DNA of 64,000 nucleotides from Candidatus Sericytochromatia bacterium (GTDB lineage Bacteria; Cyanobacteriota; Sericytochromatia; S15B-MN24; UBA4093): NCBI GenBank assembly GCA_036676985.1, contig JAKFBU010000047.1, positions 8,096 to 72,095 of the forward strand, read 5' to 3'. Shown piece by piece: positions 60,287 to 64,000 of this stretch (position 1 is its first letter; each line of letters starts with the position of its first letter). The notes under the pieces were generated by a model. It saw only the letters and a program-made list of their open reading frames with translations, ran no database searches and was not told where the DNA came from. The position numbers and the translations under genes were made by a program.

Positions 60287-61513
60287 TCAGCGCACGGCCA
60301 GGTCGGCCGTCGCGATGCTCTCAACGAACTGATTCTCGCGCTTGCCGCCTCTTAGAAGGGTCTTGGCCACCTTGCGTAGGTACTCCTGGCGATCGCTCAG
60401 GGACGTTGCCGGCCCCGCCGAGCCGTGCACGACCTTCGGGTCCTCCACGACCCACGGCGCCATCGCCAGGACATCCCCCCGGTAGCCGCCCTCGGCCGGG
60501 AGGTCCACCCCGACGAAGAGCGGGGAGGGCTCGCGATCGCTGCGTCCCATGATCGACGACTGGCCGTCGAAGACCGTGTCGAACCAGAGCCCCGTCGGCA
60601 TGGGCGTCACCGTGTACTGGAGGTGCGTCGAGCCGGAGGCCTGCAGGCTCCCGAGGGACGCTTCGAGCCATTCCTGGGGATGCCACTCGCCGCTCTCGCT
60701 CGATTCCGCCCACGTCCCCGGCGTCATGGCCGGCTGCAAGAGGATCTGGCAGCCTTCCTCGTCCAGCCGGGAGACGTAGGCCGGGTCCCGGGCGTCCGCC
60801 CCCAGGGCCACGCCGACCTTGCCGAAGGGCAGATCGAAGGGATGGGCCGCGTCCAGCGAGCCCCCCGAGAGGGTCGCTCCCTCTGGCGAGTGGACCTGCT
60901 TGACCTCGCCCACCAATCGGCCGTCCGGATCGAATAGCAGCGCCTTCCGGTAGACGTCTCGCCCCACGGGGCTCACCGGCCGGTCGGAAAAGGTGCGCAA
61001 GGACTGGAAGGGCTTCAAGCCGTCCACGTCCGCGACCGTCGCGCAAGCGAGCACGTACGCGCCGTGCCGGCGGGCCGCCTCCGAGAAGGTCGTCGCCAAG
61101 GGCCGGTAGAGCCGATCGCTCAGGGACAGCATGAGCGCCCGCTCCTCAGGGACGCCCCAGGTCGTCGCCCTGGTCCAGAGGAGCTCCCAGGCATGCGCCT
61201 GACGCAGGGCCTCGTAGGCCTCCGCGCGCGTCGTCGCCGAGCGGGCCGCCTGGTGCTCGTTTCCCGTCAGGGCCCCGAGCATCCCCCAGTCTCCGCCGAA
61301 GACCACCAGGTTGGGGCCCGCCGGGGCGAACTCCCGGTGGGCCTTGGTCATCAGACGTTCCACCTCGGCGCGGTAGCTCTCGACACTTTGGCAGGCGGCC
61401 AGGTCCACCTTGGGGCCCAGGGCGATCGCCCGGACCCGCTTGGGCGTCTCGGCCGCGACCGGCATGCATGTGAGGAGGGCCATGGCCAGGGTGAGCAGGA
61501 GCGGCGGGCGCAT
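60287..61513 (-). CDS. Secreted nitrilase/CN-hydrolase-fold protein, catalytic residues degenerate
   Basis: Signal peptide; NLVVFGGD, ALLFDPDG, KQVH, FGKVGVALGADA. Confidence 0.65.
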   Translation of the reverse strand: MRPPLLLTLAMALLTCMPVAAETPKRVRAIALGPKVDLAACQSVESYRAEVERLMTKAHREFAPAGPNLVVFGGDWGMLGALTGNEHQAARSATTRAEAYEALRQAHAWELLWTRATTWGVPEERALMLSLSDRLYRPLATTFSEAARRHGAYVLACATVADVDGLKPFQSLRTFSDRPVSPVGRDVYRKALLFDPDGRLVGEVKQVHSPEGATLSGGSLDAAHPFDLPFGKVGVALGADARDPAYVSRLDEEGCQILLQPAMTPGTWAESSESGEWHPQEWLEASLGSLQASGSTHLQYTVTPMPTGLWFDTVFDGQSSIMGRSDREPSPLFVGVDLPAEGGYRGDVLAMAPWVVEDPKVVHGSAGPATSLSDRQEYLRKVAKTLLRGGKRENQFVESIATADLAVR

Positions 61514-61654
61514 CGGGGTGCCTCCAGGCGGCAAGGCGGGCGATCGCCTCGATCCTAAGCGATCTGGCGGTGCAAGTCCAGGCGATTACTTGAAACTTGA
61601 ACGATTGATCGGATTAAGGTAAAACAGGTAAACGTTCATGCAAGGAGGAGACGA

Positions 61655-62845
61655 GTGGGTACGGCGGCGCTCACGGGATTGAAGGTGCTCGACTTCACGC
61701 GGGCCCTGGCGGGTCCTTTCTGCACGATGATGCTCGGGGACATGGGCTGCGAGGTCATCAAGATCGAAGCCCCCGGCAAGGGCGACGAGTCCCGCGGCTG
61801 GGGCCCTCCCTTCCAGGGGGGCGAGAGCTCCTACTTCCTGAGCTGCAACCGCAACAAGCAGAGCCTCACGCTCAACCTCAAGGACGAAGAGGCCCGGAAG
61901 ATCGTCCTGCGCCTCGTGCAGGAGGCCGACGTCCTGGTCGAGAACTTCAGCCCCGGGACCATGGCGCGCCTGGGCCTCTCCTACGCGGTCGCGGCCGAGT
62001 ACAACCCCCGCCTCGTCTACTGCTCGATCTCGGGCTTCGGCCAGGAGGGACCCAACCGCTCGCTGCCGGCCTACGACCTCATCCTGCAAGGCATGGGCGG
62101 CCTCATGAGCATCACGGGCCCCAAGGACGGTCCCCCCACCAAGGTCGGCGTGCCCATCGCGGACCTCACCGCCGGCATGTTCGCGGCCCATGCCATCCTC
62201 GCAGCCCTCTACCACCGCGAGCGGACGGGCCTTGGACAGTACGTGGACACGAGCCTCCTGGACGGACAGCTCGCCCTCCTCACCTTCCAGGCCGGGCGCT
62301 ACTTCGCCACCGGCTCATCACCCGGGCTTGCCGGCAACGAGCACCCCTCCATCGCCCCTTACGAGACCTTCAAGACCAAGGACGGCCACGTCAACGTCGC
62401 CTGCGGCAACGACGGCCTGTGGCGGCGCTGCTGCACGGCCCTCGGCCAGCCCGCGCTCGCACAGGATCCGCGCTTCGAGACCAACGCCCGGCGCCTGGAG
62501 CACCGCCCCGAGCTCGTCGCGATCCTCGAACAGGCGCTTTCGCGTTACAAGACCCAGGAGGCGATCGCCCTCCTGGAGGACGCGGGCGTCCCTTGTGGGC
62601 CCATCTACCGCCTCGCGGAGGTCTTCGAGGACCAGCACGTCCGCGAGCTGGGGCTCGTTCAGGCCATCGACCATCCGACGGCCGGCACCGTCCAGTTCCC
62701 CGGCCCGCCCTTCCGATTCTCCCAGAGCCCCACCGAACTGCGCCAGGCACCCCCGCGGCTCGGCGAGCACACGGACCCCATCCTCGAGCGGCTCGGCTTC
62801 CAGCCGTCCGACGTGGAGGCCTTGCGCCGCCAGGGAGTCTGCTGA
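61655..62845 (+). CDS. CaiB/BaiF family III CoA transferase
   Basis: LAGPFCT, NRNKQS, VENFSPG, AYD, IADLTAG, PRLGEHT. Confidence 0.95.
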   Translation: MGTAALTGLKVLDFTRALAGPFCTMMLGDMGCEVIKIEAPGKGDESRGWGPPFQGGESSYFLSCNRNKQSLTLNLKDEEARKIVLRLVQEADVLVENFSPGTMARLGLSYAVAAEYNPRLVYCSISGFGQEGPNRSLPAYDLILQGMGGLMSITGPKDGPPTKVGVPIADLTAGMFAAHAILAALYHRERTGLGQYVDTSLLDGQLALLTFQAGRYFATGSSPGLAGNEHPSIAPYETFKTKDGHVNVACGNDGLWRRCCTALGQPALAQDPRFETNARRLEHRPELVAILEQALSRYKTQEAIALLEDAGVPCGPIYRLAEVFEDQHVRELGLVQAIDHPTAGTVQFPGPPFRFSQSPTELRQAPPRLGEHTDPILERLGFQPSDVEALRRQGVC

Positions 62846-62994
62846 TCCTGGGCGCTCCCAGGTTTTTGTCCGTTTTGACCAACGACTTCTGACCAACCCA
62901 CCCAAACCCAACGCTCGCTTCCCCGGTGAGAATAGAAGCCAAGACGACCGGCCGGTGCCGGCTGGCTCGACTCGCGAAGAGGGGAGGAAGCGCC

Positions 62995-63840
62995 ATGCAG
63001 CTGACGATCGTCGTCCATACCGACCGTCCCGATTCCAAGCTCGGGCCCGTGATCGACGCCGTGTTCAACCAGTCCGTGCGCGACATCGACGTCTGGATCG
63101 CGTCGGTCGGCCAGCCCGCCGATCTCGAAACGATCCAGGCGGCCTATCCCGTGGGTTTCCTCAGCTTCACCGGCGGCACCACCACCGCGGCCATGCTCAA
63201 CGAGGCCTTCGCTCGGGCGCAGACCGACCTGGTGGTCACGCTCGACGCCAGCTGGATGCCCCGCGATCCGCGCTGGCTCCTCAACCTCACCCGCCACTTC
63301 CAGGAGGACGGCATCGCCGCGGTCTCCGGCACCGACTACGACGAGGAGCGCGTCTCGGTCACCGAGCCCTGGTACGTCCAGGACCTGCTCGACTTCCTTG
63401 CTAACCCCGAGCTGACGGTCAACTTCGCCAACGCTGCCTTCCGGCGGGATCTGTGGCGCCGCTTCGGCTTCGACTCCGGCGACGGCACCTGCGCGGACAA
63501 GCACTGGGCTTACGAGGCCATGCGTGAGGGCTTCAACATCGTCATGGACTACGACTCCCGCGTCCACCAGAGCGAGGCCCTGAGCCGCGACGAGGCCTTC
63601 CGTCGGTACTGGGCCATGAACCTCTCGTTCGGGGCCTTCATCCAGGCGCGCCAGGACATCAAGATGCTCTACCAGAAGGCCCTGGGCGATGTCCTCAAGA
63701 GCCGGAGCCTGCGCTCCCTCGCCCGGATCTACAAGATGTGGCCCCTCATCAAGCAGCAGCGGTACTGGCGTCCTGATCCCGCCCAGGCGATGCTCGCCCG
63801 CGAGCAGTTCGTCCGGACCGGCAAGAAATGGGCCCTCTAG
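62995..63840 (+). CDS. GT2-like glycosyltransferase, divergent
   Basis: LNEAFARAQTDLVVTLDAS, ANAAFRRDLW-FGFD; GGAGG SD. Confidence 0.7.
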   Translation: MQLTIVVHTDRPDSKLGPVIDAVFNQSVRDIDVWIASVGQPADLETIQAAYPVGFLSFTGGTTTAAMLNEAFARAQTDLVVTLDASWMPRDPRWLLNLTRHFQEDGIAAVSGTDYDEERVSVTEPWYVQDLLDFLANPELTVNFANAAFRRDLWRRFGFDSGDGTCADKHWAYEAMREGFNIVMDYDSRVHQSEALSRDEAFRRYWAMNLSFGAFIQARQDIKMLYQKALGDVLKSRSLRSLARIYKMWPLIKQQRYWRPDPAQAMLAREQFVRTGKKWAL

Positions 63841-63949
63841 CCCCCTGGCCGTGGGACCGTCCGTTGTACCCATCCCTCCGAAAGCTTTAGAGTCCCGGCT
63901 AGGGAGAGCATTGCCTCCCCTGTCTGGTGACCGCGTGGAGGAGGGTGAG

Positions 63950-64000
63950 ATGGCTGAGAAAAAGCAAAACAAGCCCGACATGACCGTCCGTGAGGCCGGC
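63950..64000 (+). CDS. Second KGG-type stress protein (5' partial)
   Basis: MAEKKQNKPDMTVREAG matches the DMTVREAG start of 18539-18841; GGAGGAGG SD. Confidence 0.8.
   Translation, partial: MAEKKQNKPDMTVREAG

Overview
A GC-rich (about 65-70% by eye) bacterial chromosomal window with no rRNA, tRNA, CRISPR array, integrase or transposase that I can recognise. Core genes: comEC-comEA, ylqD-like-rimM-trmD, folP-folB-folK, fmt, lexA (with a Gram-positive-type SOS box) divergent from CIRCE-controlled groES-groEL, a type IV pilus accessory/minor-pilin cluster plus a PilB-like ATPase, cobB, tatA-uvrB, an rlmL/ypsC-like methyltransferase, tmk and several peptidases. The mix of Terrabacteria-type regulation with diderm features suggests a non-photosynthetic Cyanobacteriota relative such as Ca. 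Sericytochromatia (inference only). Two candidate undescribed systems stand out. (1) 13131-18481: a 607-aa zinc-peptidase-motif protein with leader-like helical repeats, a ComQ-type prenyltransferase-fold enzyme, and a ComP-like PDZ/multi-TM sensor ending in a PP2C phosphatase instead of a histidine kinase. This is possibly a rewired prenyl-peptide signalling system. (2) Three small lipoprotein-signal precursors (46501-52050) sharing a VQQ motif and a C-x6-C-x15/16-C-x6-C core, next to tandem thioredoxin-fold proteins and an ABC exporter. Also notable: a NERD-pseudokinase-kinase receptor coupled to uvrB, a UDG lacking most Fe-S ligands, several apparent pseudoenzymes, two small ORFs missing from the ORF track, a MITE/REP-like inverted repeat and recurrent leaderless promoters. 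All family calls come from motif recognition by eye; no database search was run.
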